DNA from: Chrysomallon squamiferum
Lineage: Eukaryota > Animalia > Mollusca
Assembly: GCA_012295275.1 (NCBI GenBank)
Contig: CM022672.1
Location: 8,680,001 to 8,744,000, forward strand
Direction of reading: 5' to 3'
Length of the DNA stretch: 64,000 nt
Shown here: positions 39,104-53,238 of the stretch, one piece after another
Layout: every line of letters starts with the position of its first letter
How positions within the stretch are numbered: position 1 is the first letter of the stretch
Program-made: the position numbers and the translations under genes
The notes under the pieces: generated by a model
Told to the model about the DNA's origin: nothing
Database searches by the model: none
The model's input: the letters and a program-made list of their open reading frames with translations, nothing else

Positions 39104-41745
39104 TACTGATAAAAATAAATAAAATAATAACAAATAAATAATAAACAAATAGATAATAAAATAAAATAAATAAATAAAAAATTAAAAAAAATAAAAACAA
39201 ATATTAATAATAAAAAAGTCATAATTATCAAGGCCATGTTATACCAAACATTGAATTCTCTGGTGTATCATGTAAATATATCTTTCATCTGGTTTTGAGT
39301 CTGTGTGTTTCATCATATTAATTGTAACTATTTTTACTTGAATAAAACTTTATAATAATGAAAAAAAAAAAAAGACTTTTGGTTCTTAACAAAAGAACTG
39401 GATTTCTCTATGATACCTTCTTTTTGTGTATTATTTTCAAATTTTGTTTTAATGAAAATCATAATTTTACAAACATGATTTTCACACTTTAAGAGAAATA
39501 TATTTTGAAATAATATATTATGTATACAATACTCATTTTTATATATTTTGCATTTCACAACATATCTTCAAAAAAACTATTTTTCATTTGACAACTTTTG
39601 GTTAAAATAAATTTTTCCTTTTGTTCACTTACTTATTTTCAGTATTTCTTTTTTCCCATATAAATTAAAATACTTTCATGTGTGATTTTTTTCATTTTAC
39701 AATAAAATATTTTAAAGTATAATTTTTCCTATTTGGCAATAATATATATTGAATTTGATTTCTTTTCTTTTTTTAAAAATTATTATTATTAGTTTTGATT
39801 TAATAATTTCACAACAGATATGTTTAAGTAATTTTTCATTTGGCAACATACAATTTTCAGTCATTCTGACATATTACAAAGACATATGGCAACATAATTA
39901 GATTGTTAAGTATTATTTTCTATTTGGTATGTATGCATAATTTCCAGTGTGATTTTCTATGTTTTTATATTTTCCATTCCAAGCATGAAATTTATTAGTC
40001 TGTAATATTGAGATAAAAAAAAAGGAAAAAAAAAATGAAATAATAACAATCTGAAAAAAAAAAAAAAAAAAAAAAAAATCTTGCATTCAAAAGAAACCAA
40101 ATCATGATGCAACATACAGCCTAATAAAGATGTTTTTAAAACTGAAATAAAAATTTCTGTTGAAAGAAGAAAAAATATCCATAAAAAGAATGAAGAAAGA
40201 AACTTATAACACTGAGAGAAATAAAAAAAATGTGTTAAAGTTAAAAAGTTAAAAATAGTATGTATATATATATATATACAACTTCTGAATACTTTCAAAA
40301 AATACAAAATAGAATTAAATTACAACTGTAATGTTCTATTTAAAATTATAAATATGCTTTTTACTTTTTGTTTTATTATTTATTTATTTAATTTTATAAT
40401 TAGAGTATTCTAAATATAAATAAATCAATAAAAATTTGTTTATAACCAGTATGATATAAAAAAAACAGTGTATTAATATTTAATAAGTTTGTGGATTATT
40501 ATTTTAATTTTGTTTTTCTTAATTTTATAATTAAAGATTTCAAATATAAATAAACTAACAAAATATAATTGCTATTCATTATGGAATAACAAAATAGTGT
40601 TTTATTTTAACTAAAATAAATTTATGGACTTTTAAAAGTTTTATTGTTTATATTTATTATTTTCTTCAACAGATATATAGAACTCATCAACAAGGGTTTA
40701 AACAATAGGCTTTGTCAACAACATGCAATTAGAAATAGCAGAAGCCTATATTAATATTTGATAATGTCATGAATTTTTTCCTTAACTGAATAATGTACAT
40801 ATGTAGGTATGAATGTTTGTATGTATGTATGTTCATACTTATGTTCTAAAAACTTATAAATAAACCAAACAAATAAAAAAATAATAATTAAAATATTTTT
40901 ATATTCCTATTGTTTTCGTTTTAATTTATCTCCCAAATCTGTTTTTTCCTTTTTAGAAAAACATCTTTTTTTGGAAAATGCCACTGTCAAACTTTACAAA
41001 TTACATGTAGCAGAGAAAAACTAAGATTGAATTACTTGTGTCGTTGCTATCAACTTTAATTGGGTTAGGGTCTGGCTTTGCAGTTTAAAATTGTGCAATA
41101 ATAGATAGCTACAGCCTGCTTTGAAAAAAATCAATAAAATAAATCAATTTTTGGTTTTTACACTTGTGTGAAGGTTAAACATATTGGTGAAGTCAGAGTT
41201 TAATTTTAAATATTTTTTATTTATTTTCTTTTTCATTTATTTATTTATTTATTTTGATTTATTATTATTTTTCATTTTATTTTTATATGCTTGAACTAAT
41301 ATCTATATGCTAGCTAACTGACCCAACAAATGCAAATTTCTCAAAAATAAAGGTTTGTGTTTTTCTGGTGTTGTTTACTTTTTAAATGGTAATATGTTGA
41401 ATATTATTCAATTTTAGTTATATATTTATTATATATTTCTTAGATATATTTATTTACTGATTATTTATATTAATTTTTCAGTTGAATTATTTTATTTATA
41501 TATTATACAGGTTTTTTTTGGTTTTTTAGTTGTTTTTTAAATAAATTTTATTTATTTATTATACTTATTTCCAGCATAACTGATCTATTATTTCACATTG
41601 CTAGATTAAATGAAGGGATAAAAAAACAAATCTTAAGAATTCCCTCGTTTCTCAATTTTAAAGTATCTTCATAAACTAATCATATTTGACTGAGAAATTT
41701 GACAAATCTGATTACAGTTCTAAACTGGAAAAGTAATAGATGGAG

Positions 41746-41791
<46 letters not shown>

Positions 41792-42847
41792 TAAATTTAG
41801 TTTGAATTCAACACTGATGCTAAAAAATAACATTTAAGAAAAAGAAATGAAGAAAAAAAAAAAAAAAAATCCCAGTATATTTACATTAAATTCGTTATAA
41901 AATAATATGACAGGTTTTTTTTGGATTCCTTGATACTGAACATGTAAAATAATTTAATCACCTTATTATTTCTGAGCATTAATAAATTTAATGTGCGTTT
42001 ATTTTTTTTTTTTATTATTATTTTTTTTTTTCCAGTATCTTTGACTCTGTGAAACTGCAAAACAAATTTTAAAACTAAAAAAAAAAAAATCACTGCAAAC
42101 TATCATTGTCAAATATTCAGGCTAACTGGTAATAGTTATTTCAGCTGTTTTCACAACGTACTCTGAATACAGCTGAAAACTATTACTGACATTGAGTTAT
42201 TTTGATTCTGCAAGAAAGAAAAAGATTAAATTGTTTGCAAAAATAAATATCAGATTTATAAAAAAAATTTCAGCAGGAGTCTTGTACATTTGTTATAAAA
42301 AAAAAAAAATAATAATAATAATAATATTAATAACAATAAATTGAACTCTCTGTTTTTTCACTCTCTCGACATTATCTCCTTCTATTTTCTAAAAGAGATA
42401 TACACATAGTAATGTACACCCACTCACACATACAGAAATATATATTTTTAAATTAAACATTAGCTAGATAACTGTTGCCAGATCTATACATCACAAAGCA
42501 ATGATTATTAATCTCCCAGTGTTCACACTCATTCAAATATTTGAACATTATACCAACATCAAATAAAATAAATAATCTTATTATTAAATTATTTATAAAT
42601 AATATGAGATCTTTCAATCATCTTCACTTTTTTTTTTTTTAACTTTTTTTTTCTGTTCTCTCTGCAGGAGATTTGACAATATGATGAATATCTTTACCAA
42701 AAAAATAAAATAAAATAAAAAAATAAAAATCGTCACATGAATCCAACATGTTTTTTTTTTTTTTTTTTTTGTTAGTTTCAAGTAAACAACAAGCAGTTAG
42801 AATATTTTAAACAAAGTTCATGCAGCAGCAAAGTGACGAGAATTTAC

Positions 42848-42974
42848 TTGAGAATTCATCCTCATCTTCCTCATTTTCAGCGGCTAGCTCTGCAGGAGAT
42901 TTCTTTTTTCGACCTATCCGTCCTTCAGTCATCAACTGTTCCTCCACCACAGGGTCTTTCTTTTTCAGACCATA
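42848..42974 (-). CDS. cpx: Complexin coding exon (YGLKKKDPVVEEQLMTEGRIGRKKKSPAELAAENEEDEDEFS)
   Basis: ctttcag|TAT...TCAA|gtaaat; 127 nt, phase 0-1; completes the IRDKYGL central-helix motif; RKKKSPAELAAE matches invertebrate complexins. Confidence 0.95.
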
Positions 42975-43779
42975 CTGAAAGTTTAATTTAAATAAAAAAA
43001 AAAAGATTAATAAATATTAACGAAACCTGTATAACAAAGAGACTGTAAAAATATGAAAAACAAGATAAATTTTCAGGGTGATTTTATATTTTAAAAGTAA
43101 ATTAAATTTTTAAAATATCCTAGATTAAGAAAAAAGTAAAAATTGTGAAACAAAAAATAGGACTAGATAATATAATTTTAACCAAAAAAAAAAATAAAGA
43201 GATAATAATAATAAAATATAGTTTTAACAAAAAGAGAATAATAATAAAAAATACATAATAAATTTAACATGAATGCTGAAGGTAATCTCATATTTTAAAA
43301 TAAAAAAACAACATTGTAAATGGAAATTTTAGAAGAAATATCCATTAAAATTTAATATTTTAAACAAACAAAAAACATTTTTAAAGAAACATCTACTGCA
43401 CTTTTAATATTTTCAAACAAAAAAGACATTTTTAAGGAAAGAAAAAAGAGGAATTTTTAAAAAGTTTAATTGTAATAAAATCTGTTCAGAACTAGACCTG
43501 CAGATAAAATTTATGAGATGTCTGCTCTGACAGTCAGATATTATTATTTTTATTTTTATTTTTTTTTTATTTTACTTCCAGAAAATAGTTGTCATAGGAA
43601 TATTAGTATTCTCTAACACATTACAAAAACTTGAAAAAAACCTTTCTGTTAAACCTGTGAGAATATGACAAAAGTTAATGGACTAAATCTGAATGTACTG
43701 TTAGAATAACTTTACATGATCATACATTACTTTGACATAGCCGCATGTTTAGCTCTGTTTTATTCACGAATTCAATAAA

Positions 43780-43985
43780 TATCCAACATGTGTTTTAGAC
43801 CACAGTTGTTTTCAAGTACAGTTGTTTATAAAGATGTGAATATACATGGGTGAAGGTTCAAGAATTTAATAAATATCCAGTGGTGTTTTAGACCACTTTA
43901 ATATAGTTGTTTATAATGATGTGACTATACTTGGCAGAAGATTCATGATTTCAATATATATCCAATGGTGTTTTAGACCACTACA
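43780..43985. repeat. Degenerate ~90-bp tandem repeat x3 (TATCCA.TGGTGTTTTAGACCAC...TTGTTTATAA.GATGTGA)
   Basis: gtgttttagaccac-like core at ~43790, ~43883 and ~43968. Confidence 0.75.
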
Positions 43986-44848
43986 CTTCAATTGTTCAAA
44001 TAAATACTAACATGTACTACAAATAAGGGAAAAGTTTAACATTTCTGAAATATCTCTTCTTTTTTTTTACTTTCAGACAAAGATAATTAGTATTTGAACT
44101 CTAATATTTTAAATTTAAGATATTTTTAAAAATAACTGAACTTTGCATTTGATTACCTATGTTTATGCTTAATTTTTATTTATTTATTTTTTTAATTTTT
44201 TATGTTGTATCTAGATTAAAAGATGCAAATAGTGCTATATACTTTATAAACAATGCATTGTATTAAGTAAAATAAGATAAACAGCACATGAATTTAACTT
44301 CCAGTTTAGATCTTTCCAATATTTAATTAAGTCTCTATTTGTTGCCTGGTTTCTCCAACACTAAAACATTAAACACAAACATACCCACATCATTATTATT
44401 ATTAACATGCAAATTATTGCTTTTAACTCAGTATAAAGGCAAGAATTAGGTTTTGAGAAAACAAGAGATAAAAAAAATAAAAAATAAAATCATATACAGA
44501 AGTCTTGGATTCCATCAGCTAAATCTAGATTTGTTTTTTTTCCAATATTTAATTAAGTCTCTATTTGTTGCTTGGCTTCTCCGACATTAAATAAATTTGA
44601 TTTGAGACTTTTAAATGAAAAAAAAAAAAAAAAAATCTATTTTAATTTTTCTAAATGTATTAACAGCAGAGAGGGCAAGTAAAACTAAAGTCAAGTAGTG
44701 TAATCATTAGAGAAAAAAAAAAAAAGTCTGTAAAAGGTTACATTTACTTCTCATTTTCCATTAATAATTAGTTGTATTTGTACAAAAAAAAAAAAAAAAA
44801 AAAAACAACATCTGCTGATGTGTCTAATTCTATGTTAATAAACACATT

Positions 44849-44902
<54 letters not shown>

Positions 44903-45228
44903 TTTGTAAAACAAACAGTTATTTGTTTTGACCCTACAGATTTAAAAATGTCATGACACAAGTCAAATAAAACCATCTGTCGTTTCAAATCTGTATAAAA
45001 TCTATATCTGTATCTACATTTAAACAAAAAATATGTGTATTTCAATAATAATAATAAAAAATAAAAATAAAAAAACTTAAAAATTGGTGTGCCTGAATAA
45101 CTCAATAAGAAAAATAGATCAGTCACCATATAACACACCATCAGGTACAAATATATCTGAACAACTTCGTATAAATCTTTTTTAAATTTATCGATATCTA
45201 AAAATAAAAAATAAAAAATAAAATAAAA

Positions 45229-45288
<60 letters not shown>

Positions 45289-45790
45289 ATAATAATTAAA
45301 TCATGAATAAATAAATAAATAAATAAATAAATAAAAGTAAAAAAAAAAAGGAAAAAAAATATTTATTACTGAAATATTTCTTAAGATATGAAAGCTTGAA
45401 TTTAGAGAGGCTTTTATTGTCTTTTCCCCTAACTTGATCGAGATTGATGCCAAAAGGTGAATGAATAAAAAAAGTACTAAAAAACAATATTTCATGGCAT
45501 ATGCACACAAAATGTAGAATTTTTACACACTCTGACAATCTTGGCGTGACAGATGTATGCATTGATCTCTTTAAACGGGGAACTGTCAGATAATTGTTTA
45601 AATAAAAAAAAGGAATAAATAACAATAATAATTAAAAAAGTAATAAACAAAAATTTATCTCCACTATAAATTCATTCTATCAGTGAAACTCGGTGCAAAC
45701 TCTCCATCCATGCAACTTCACATAAGAAATCTCATTCTATCAGTGAAAGCTATATACAAGTGAAAAAACTTGAAATCTAGAACTATATAC

Positions 45791-45951
45791 TTTATCACGT
45801 ATTGATTGACGCAGTTCCTCTCTCTGTGCTTCCTGAATTCTGTGCTTTTCTTTCCGCTTCTCTTCAGCTTCTCTCCGTGCCTCAACTATTTCTGGATCTT
45901 CTCCTGTTTCTTCTTCTTTTCCATCACCATCATCCTTGTCTCCCAGAGCTC
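45791..45951 (-). CDS. cpx: Complexin coding exon, accessory and central helix (GALGDKDDGDGKEEETGEDPEIVEARREAEEKRKEKHRIQEAQREELRQSIRDK)
   Basis: ttgtag|GA...AAA|gtatat; 161 nt, phase 1-0; hallmark RKEKH...R..IRDK SNARE-binding helix. Confidence 0.96.
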
Positions 45952-46087
45952 CTACAACAATTAACATAGTAATCAACAGCGCTCATAAGAGAAGTAGTTA
46001 CTCCCCATGTTACTGAAAGAAAATAATTGTCAAACTCACCTTTGATCTTGGAATTAAAAGATTTAGTTAAAAGATGTGACTTAAAGA

Positions 46088-46150
<63 letters not shown>

Positions 46151-47073
46151 CTTTATGATGAAAAAGACAATATCAGTAACTAATTGCAATTAAATATTGT
46201 TTACATAATCAAATACATCATTTAAGATCAATTTATCATCCTAAAAGAAATTTTCTTGTGCTTTATTTTGTTATTTTAATGTAGGGTTTTGTACTGCAAA
46301 TATATCAAACCGTAGGTAATTCAGTGATAAAGATGTATAATAAATGATGATGCCAAACCATGAAATAAAGTTGATGATACACATGCACAACATTCTCCCT
46401 CTCTCACACACACACACACACACACAGACACACCATTTGTGAGATAAATATTATATAAATATATATAAATCTTCACCGACTTAAAAGCTTTCACAACAAA
46501 ACTTTGTCATAAAGCTCAGTGTATTGATTTCTGGTACACGAGTATAACATGAGACTGCAAATGGAAATGAAAAAAATATACATTATGATGAGAAGTGCTC
46601 TACTTTCACATTAGTGTTTGTCGTGTATTTTACAAAAGAGATATCATATGTCATTGTAATTACAGTAATTATCTAAACTAAGTCATGAAAAAGAAGTACA
46701 AAAACACGTTATAGCCTGTTATCAGGTACCTTGAGATGTTATAAAAAAAACCTCCAAATACAATAGAAAATAAAAAATTAATTTTAAGAAAGATGAGAAC
46801 AACCTGTTCTATCCCCTTAAAAAGGTTAATATTATTAATTACATTTTTGTTTAATGCTGTAAATTTAATTCTGTTTTTAAATGTTATTAATTTATATAAT
46901 AAAAAGATGTTTACAGTTTGTTCCATTAAGAAATGTAAGACAATGTAATTTTTGAAAGATGTTATTTTTTTCTCACCATTTAGATGCTTTTCCATTTTAT
47001 TTATTTGTTTAACACAGAAAAAATAAATATATGAGTAGTAAGTAAAAATTTCATTTACATATTAAAATAAACA

Positions 47074-47107
<34 letters not shown>

Positions 47108-47644
47108 TTTATGGTGTGAAAACTAAACGTTTATGTAGTAATTAATATTTTAATAACTAGAAATCTTAGTTTATACTAAAACACCAACAACTACAAGAAA
47201 CCTAAGAAAAAGCACTGCACAAATTCTGAAAATTACTTCCATTATCTTTAACAATTATTAAACAATTTATTTGCATTTACTCTAAAAGAAAATGAAAACT
47301 AAAAGATAATTATCATATTTTAAGTAACTAACAAAATATCTTAAAACTATTCAAGAAAAAAACTTGCAGTATTTTTTTTTTTTTTTTAAAATATTTCATG
47401 CACTGCCAACGTGCAAATAATATTTCCTTCTGAGAAATCTTTAGAAAAATATATTAACAAAAACACTTTCTGTGAATTTTTCATTAAGGAAGTAACTGTC
47501 ACGATGCTGAAATATCATCTCTAACTCGCGCAGTGGCTCACAGCACTGATGCTAATCAACACCATGGAGCGTGCCTCAGACTTCTTCATTCTCAGTAACA
47601 TTTTTTGTTTGTTTATTACTATTACTGTTATTATTTATTTATTA

Positions 47645-47680
<36 letters not shown>

Positions 47681-47882
47681 ATTTTTACTTCACTATATAA
47701 TTATTTATTTATTTATTATCATTATTATTATTATTACTGTTGTTGTTCTTGATGATGATGATACTGTATCAATTCCATTTGATTAAAATAGATAAATAGA
47801 AAGATAAATAAATAAACAAAAAAGTAAAAATTAGAGGAAATAAATGTATAAAAATATCAATTCATCCATGATGATGATGATG

Positions 47883-47913
<31 letters not shown>

Positions 47914-49049
47914 CATATTTTTTCAGTTCAAAGTTAAAATCTTAAAACTGGCATGAATATACCATTAATACTATTTTTTTCTCCTATTGCCTTTCCTTTG
48001 TCAATGCAGTTTTCATAACAGAACTAGCTGTTTACAGCATAATACCAAATTAGTAATTTTGAAATAATAATACATACAAAATGATGGACACACTTAGTAA
48101 ATGATGTTTGTTTTTATATTTATTTATTTAAAAAAAACACAAAAAAAACCTCCCAAAAACCCAACATTTATGAAAGAAAAGAAAAAGAAAGAATAAAAAA
48201 GTTGTGACATAAATTTTAAAAATCAACTTATCATTTTGGGTCTTTGAATTAATTATTATTATTATTATTATTTTTATATAATAATTTCCATTTCTTTTTA
48301 ATAAATAAAATGATCCACCATAGCATAAAGGTTTAAGATATTTGATAAATAATTTTGTCTTTTTCTTTCTTTCTCATGCCCACGTATTCATCCTCACATG
48401 TATACAAGATATGTTCATTATATATTAATGTTAACTGACTTAAAAAATATTACAATATAACTTTATCAATAAAACACATTGGAAAAAAAAAAAAAAAAAA
48501 TTTTTTTTAAAATGAGAAGTTTTCTACTTTCCTTATTAATTTTACTTCCAACCTTCTGATTATTATCTGATGGGCAAAAAAAACCATGAATAAAAACTAC
48601 AAAACCAGTGAGGTAAAGCTCACCTTGTATCTGAAAAACCATATGAGTTCCAGAACTACAATTATCAAGATCAAATTTTTATTCTGGCCTTATTGAGAAT
48701 TACTAGAAGTATTAACTCTAAATTTGGGCAAATTTTGGTTTTTAACATATATAATGTTAAAGTTCAGCATAGTTTTATTTATTTATTTATTTTTTATTTA
48801 TATATATATATATATGTTCATTGTCTAAGAATATTTTTTTTTTTTTTTTTTTTTTTAGAACTACTATAAAGTTCTGTAAGAAACTTATTTATTAAAAAAA
48901 AAATTAAACTTTCAAAAATAATACAAGAAAATTATAACCATTTTTTTTAATACAAGATTTTAAAAATCTGAATTTACTTCAAAGAATCCTAAAACATAAT
49001 ATTACTTTAAGATTTATCAAATTAGACTTACTTAACATTTAAAAAAACT

Positions 49050-49300
49050 TTTAAGAATGTTAATGCTACTTTTCTTAATTCAGTGAATCCTCAGAAAATT
49101 GTAAGAATCTTTTAAGGAAGTTAATTTTATTTTTCTAAATTCAATGTACCATGAAAAAATTCAAAGATCTTTTAAGAACATTTTTCTTAGTTCAATGAAC
49201 CATGAAAAAAATTTAAGAATCATTTAAGAATGCTAATTTTATTTTTCTGAATTCAATGAACACTGATGAAACTGTTAATCATTATTATTAATTTAGTGAA
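49050..49300. repeat. Degenerate ~55-60-bp minisatellite (TTCAATGAACCATGAAAAAATTTAAGAATCTTTTAAGAA)
   Basis: About 4-5 diverged copies. Confidence 0.7.
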
Positions 49301-49450
49301 CACCAAAGAAAATTTATAAATTTGGAAATTAAAATAATGTATAAATGTTAAGATTTATGAAAACCCTAAGTTCTGGTTCTATCCCAACAAGAAGATGAAA
49401 GACTTTGTAACTTCTAACATTTTCATTTTGACATACAACACAATTATGAA

Positions 49451-49495
<45 letters not shown>

Positions 49496-50270
49496 TGATT
49501 AATCATCATCATCATCTATTTTTTTTGTATGTAACCTCTATCTTCTTAAAGAAACCAATTTGTATAAAAATCCTATTTTTGCTTTTTCTTACTTATGTTT
49601 CTTTCTACCTTTTTCCTTGTTTCTTTCATTTTTGTTTTTCTTCTTCTTTTTTAAAAATATTATTAATTATTTTTAATTGTACAATATAAAAATAGCAGAA
49701 GAGGTATCCCTTGTTTCATGCAATCTAATTTTCATGCATTTTTATGATAAAGAAATTTTTGAAATAAATAAATAAGTAATAAAACAAACTATTTAATATG
49801 CATTAAAACAAGTCAAATGGCAGTTAATTTATCTACATAATCAAAATTCACTGTATTTGTATTTTCACACAGGATTGCTAGAGTCTTACACAATACTTAT
49901 CTGTCAAATTCATTTCACATATTTATGTGTTAATTTCTTCGATAAAGTCATCAAGTAAAACAAAGGATACCTGCATTTTTCTTCTATAGAATTAACATAT
50001 GCTGTCTGGCATGAATGTTTTGTATATAAAGTCAAAGTGGAGCTCTTTCTGAAATAGTTTATTTTAATTATCAATTTATAATAAATAACATTTTTATTAC
50101 TATTTTATTTATTTATTTATTTATTTATAATCATATTATTAGTAGTAGTAATAAATGTTTTAATTACTATTATATTTATTTATTTATTTATTTATATATT
50201 ACTTAATTATTAATGATTATTGTCAGATAACAAAAATAAATGAAGTTCTCAGTTTGAATTTAGTTAATTC

Positions 50271-50330
<60 letters not shown>

Positions 50331-51474
50331 TGTTATTATTAGCTGACAGTTCCTGTCCTCAAATCATTTATCTGCCATGCAAACAAACAAACAAACAAAA
50401 AAAAAAGTATAAAACATCTAGAAGTGAGGCATCTGGCCAAGTGCAAATTTTAGATGTAGGTTTAAAACTCAGCAACATTTTATATTATGTGGCTGTCAAA
50501 CTGGATACTGTTATTTGTTTTGAGATTAATCAGTGATGAATTGGCTCTGTGTTGGCTGCATGGAATAGCTGTTAATACCCTGCAAGTGGGATAAGGTTTT
50601 TGTGCTGTGAAAAAGAGAGAAGATGAAAAAAAAAAACTGAAAAAAAAACAACTAACCCACCAAAAGTTCTTAGCCTCTGTTATGTCATTATAGTGACTGC
50701 AGTATTTTTGGTAACAAATAAACAAAGACTGCAATTGTATTGTTTTTTTTAAAAAGAGTTTTTTCTTTGATCAGTTAGTTAGCAATTTATGTTTAACCTT
50801 CAGTGGAAATAATGATTTGTAACATATTTTAAATAACTGCATAGTTTCCAAATATTAATTATCTGTATTGTATTTTTAAAAAATATGTATAATTTTAACT
50901 CAAAATATTTTTGCAATTAATAAACTTTCTAATCGTGACTTACTTTTTCTTATTATTATTTTACATTTTTAATATTTATTTGTTTATATATGTATTTTTT
51001 TGTTTCCCAAAATATTTAAAATTAAAATGTAGGACTACATTTGCCATATTTTAAGCCATATTTTATTTCAACTCTTTGAACTTCATTAAAATGTTTGATA
51101 TGAGCATTTAATTATGATAAACTGAATGTTTTATAAACATAATATAAAAATCAAAAAGAAGAAAAATATCTACTAAATTTCATGCTTACATTCCCCCTAT
51201 TGTTCATGCAAAATCTGTCTTTGAAATGCAATCTAGGGGCCTGGGTTGTTGCCCAGGAATCAGAAAATTGATGTATTTGTAGATTTTTTTAAAGTTAAAG
51301 GATGAAAAAAAAATTATTCTTGTAAAACAATTACAACCTCATTATATTCCCATCTGATTTATTGATTAAATATTTAAAACTTTTTCAGTTACCTTTTAAT
51401 TAAATTTCCTGATGTATAGCTTTCATAGTTTGGTAATTATAAACCCATATATGTTGTACTTAAATGGTCTACAT

Positions 51475-51905
51475 TGGAATACAGAACATTTGTACATGTC
51501 GTATTTAAAAGTCAATATTGAAATAAAAAATATTTTTATATGTTGTAGTTAAAAATATATATACTGAAATGTAGAATATTTTTATGTTATATTTAAAAGT
51601 CAGTACAGGAGAAAAAAAATATATATATTTTTATCTGTTGTATTTAAAAGTCAGAAATACAGAACATTTTTACATGTCACATTTAAAAGTCAATATTGAA
51701 ATATAGAACAATTTTACATGTTTGTATTTACAAGTCAGTATTGAAATATAGAACACTTCAACAAGTATTTAAAAGCCACTGTCAGAATAGAGAACATTCT
51801 TATGTTTTTAAAAGTCACTATTGGAGTAAATAACATTTTTATGTTTGTATTTAAATGTGAGTACTTGAACATGGATTATATTAACATGTATTTAATAGGT
51901 AATAC
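51475..51905. repeat. Degenerate ~40-bp minisatellite (GTATTTAAAAGTCAATATTGAAATATAGAACATTTTTA), about 10 copies
   Basis: atttaaaagtca core recurs at ~40-bp spacing. Confidence 0.85.
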
Positions 51906-52211
51906 TGAAAAAAAATATTAAATTTTTTTTTATTGATATTATGAAAATTAAAAAAAATAATACCTACACAATATATTTGATTATTAATTTATGGATAAAA
52001 ACCCAGTCCTAAAGATAAAAAAAAAAAATCTCAATAACTCAAAAGTTTTTAGAAATATTTTTAAAATCATGCAATGTGCACTGCATTCAAGTTAATATCT
52101 TTCTGACTGTATTAAAAAATAAATGATAATAATTTTAAAAAAAAAGTAAACCAATGAGTTCACTGAAAGAGAAAAAAAATAATCTGAATTTTTGTTGTTA
52201 ATGTCGCTCAC

Positions 52212-52223
52212 CTGCTGTAGCTC
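52212..52223 (-). CDS. cpx: Candidate complexin 12-nt microexon (adds GATA)
   Basis: ttttttacctgttcag|GAGCTACAGCAG|gtgagc; symmetric phase 1-1, no stop. Confidence 0.65.
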
Positions 52224-53226
52224 CTGAACAGGTAAAAAATAAAAAAATAATATAAAAAGAGAACATACCTGTTATCTTAGCCGAAACATGACATATAACA
52301 AAACATACATGTATATTCAAAATAAACACACAAAAAGCAAAACAACTGCCAACACTTGCAATATTGCAGTCATATTATTTCCAATAAATACATTTTTTAG
52401 CAATTTCAGAAATTATAATGGTAATAATTTTTTGAGTTATCATTCTGAAATACTGTAAATCGCAAAATACTTTTGCAAATTCTTAACAATTATGTTTTAG
52501 ATATTATTTGCTTTGCATACAGAACCATTGTAAATAAAGACATTTTGTTTACTTGCAAAGAAGATAAACTGTATGAAATACAGTTTTAAGATGTTTTATA
52601 TCAATGTTATTATTTCTGAATGTTTGATATACCAGTTTTGCTAAAATGTTAACATTTTCCTTGTAAATGTTTTTGCTAAACCATTTTTGTGATTTACATT
52701 ATTAAATAATTTATTCATGCTAAATGAATTAATAATAATAAAGCATTAATTTGAGTAACACAATAATTGAATATACATGCATTTGTGTTGAGATTAGAAT
52801 TAAACAGAAAGAAAAACAATCTGTAAAATGATTCACAAAAATATCATTGGAAATTGACTATTTATCATTGCGAAAGTTGTTAATTATTAACATCGACCAT
52901 TCAAAATGTTAAAGATAATTTAGAAATAAAGAAAAAAATACTTTTTATAATTAACTTCATTGGATGTTTATGATACAGAATTTCAAGGAATGTTTAAAGA
53001 GTTTCATATTTAATTTATAGAAACAGATGTGGTTATATATTTTGTAACATGCCTTCACATGGTAGCACCAATATTATAAGGGAAAAGACTTTGAAATAAA
53101 CCTAGAAGTGGATGCTGTAGAAATAGATCTTAATCTCACTCCCACACAGAGCGAAAGAAAGATAAATGAATCAAGGAAACACAGAAGGTAAGAAAAAACT
53201 CGAACTCAAACTGCTGGGATACTTAC

Positions 53227-53238
53227 CAAACAGCTCTC
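53227..53238 (-). CDS. cpx: Candidate complexin 12-nt microexon (adds GELF)
   Basis: tttttcattttgttctgtag|GAGAGCTGTTTG|gtaagt; symmetric phase 1-1, no stop; TGC just upstream of the pyrimidine tract. Confidence 0.65.

Noticed and set aside
47555-47575. RE1/NRSE-like ATCAACACCATGGAGCGTGCC in a CpG-retaining patch of a neuronal gene intron
   Set aside because: Mismatches at core positions (CAGCACC, GGACAG), and REST is not established in molluscs.
51190-51196. Fourth 7-nt candidate aatag|GGGGAAT|gtaagc in complexin intron 1
   Set aside because: No polypyrimidine tract and a weak exonic donor context, although GCATG motifs flank it.
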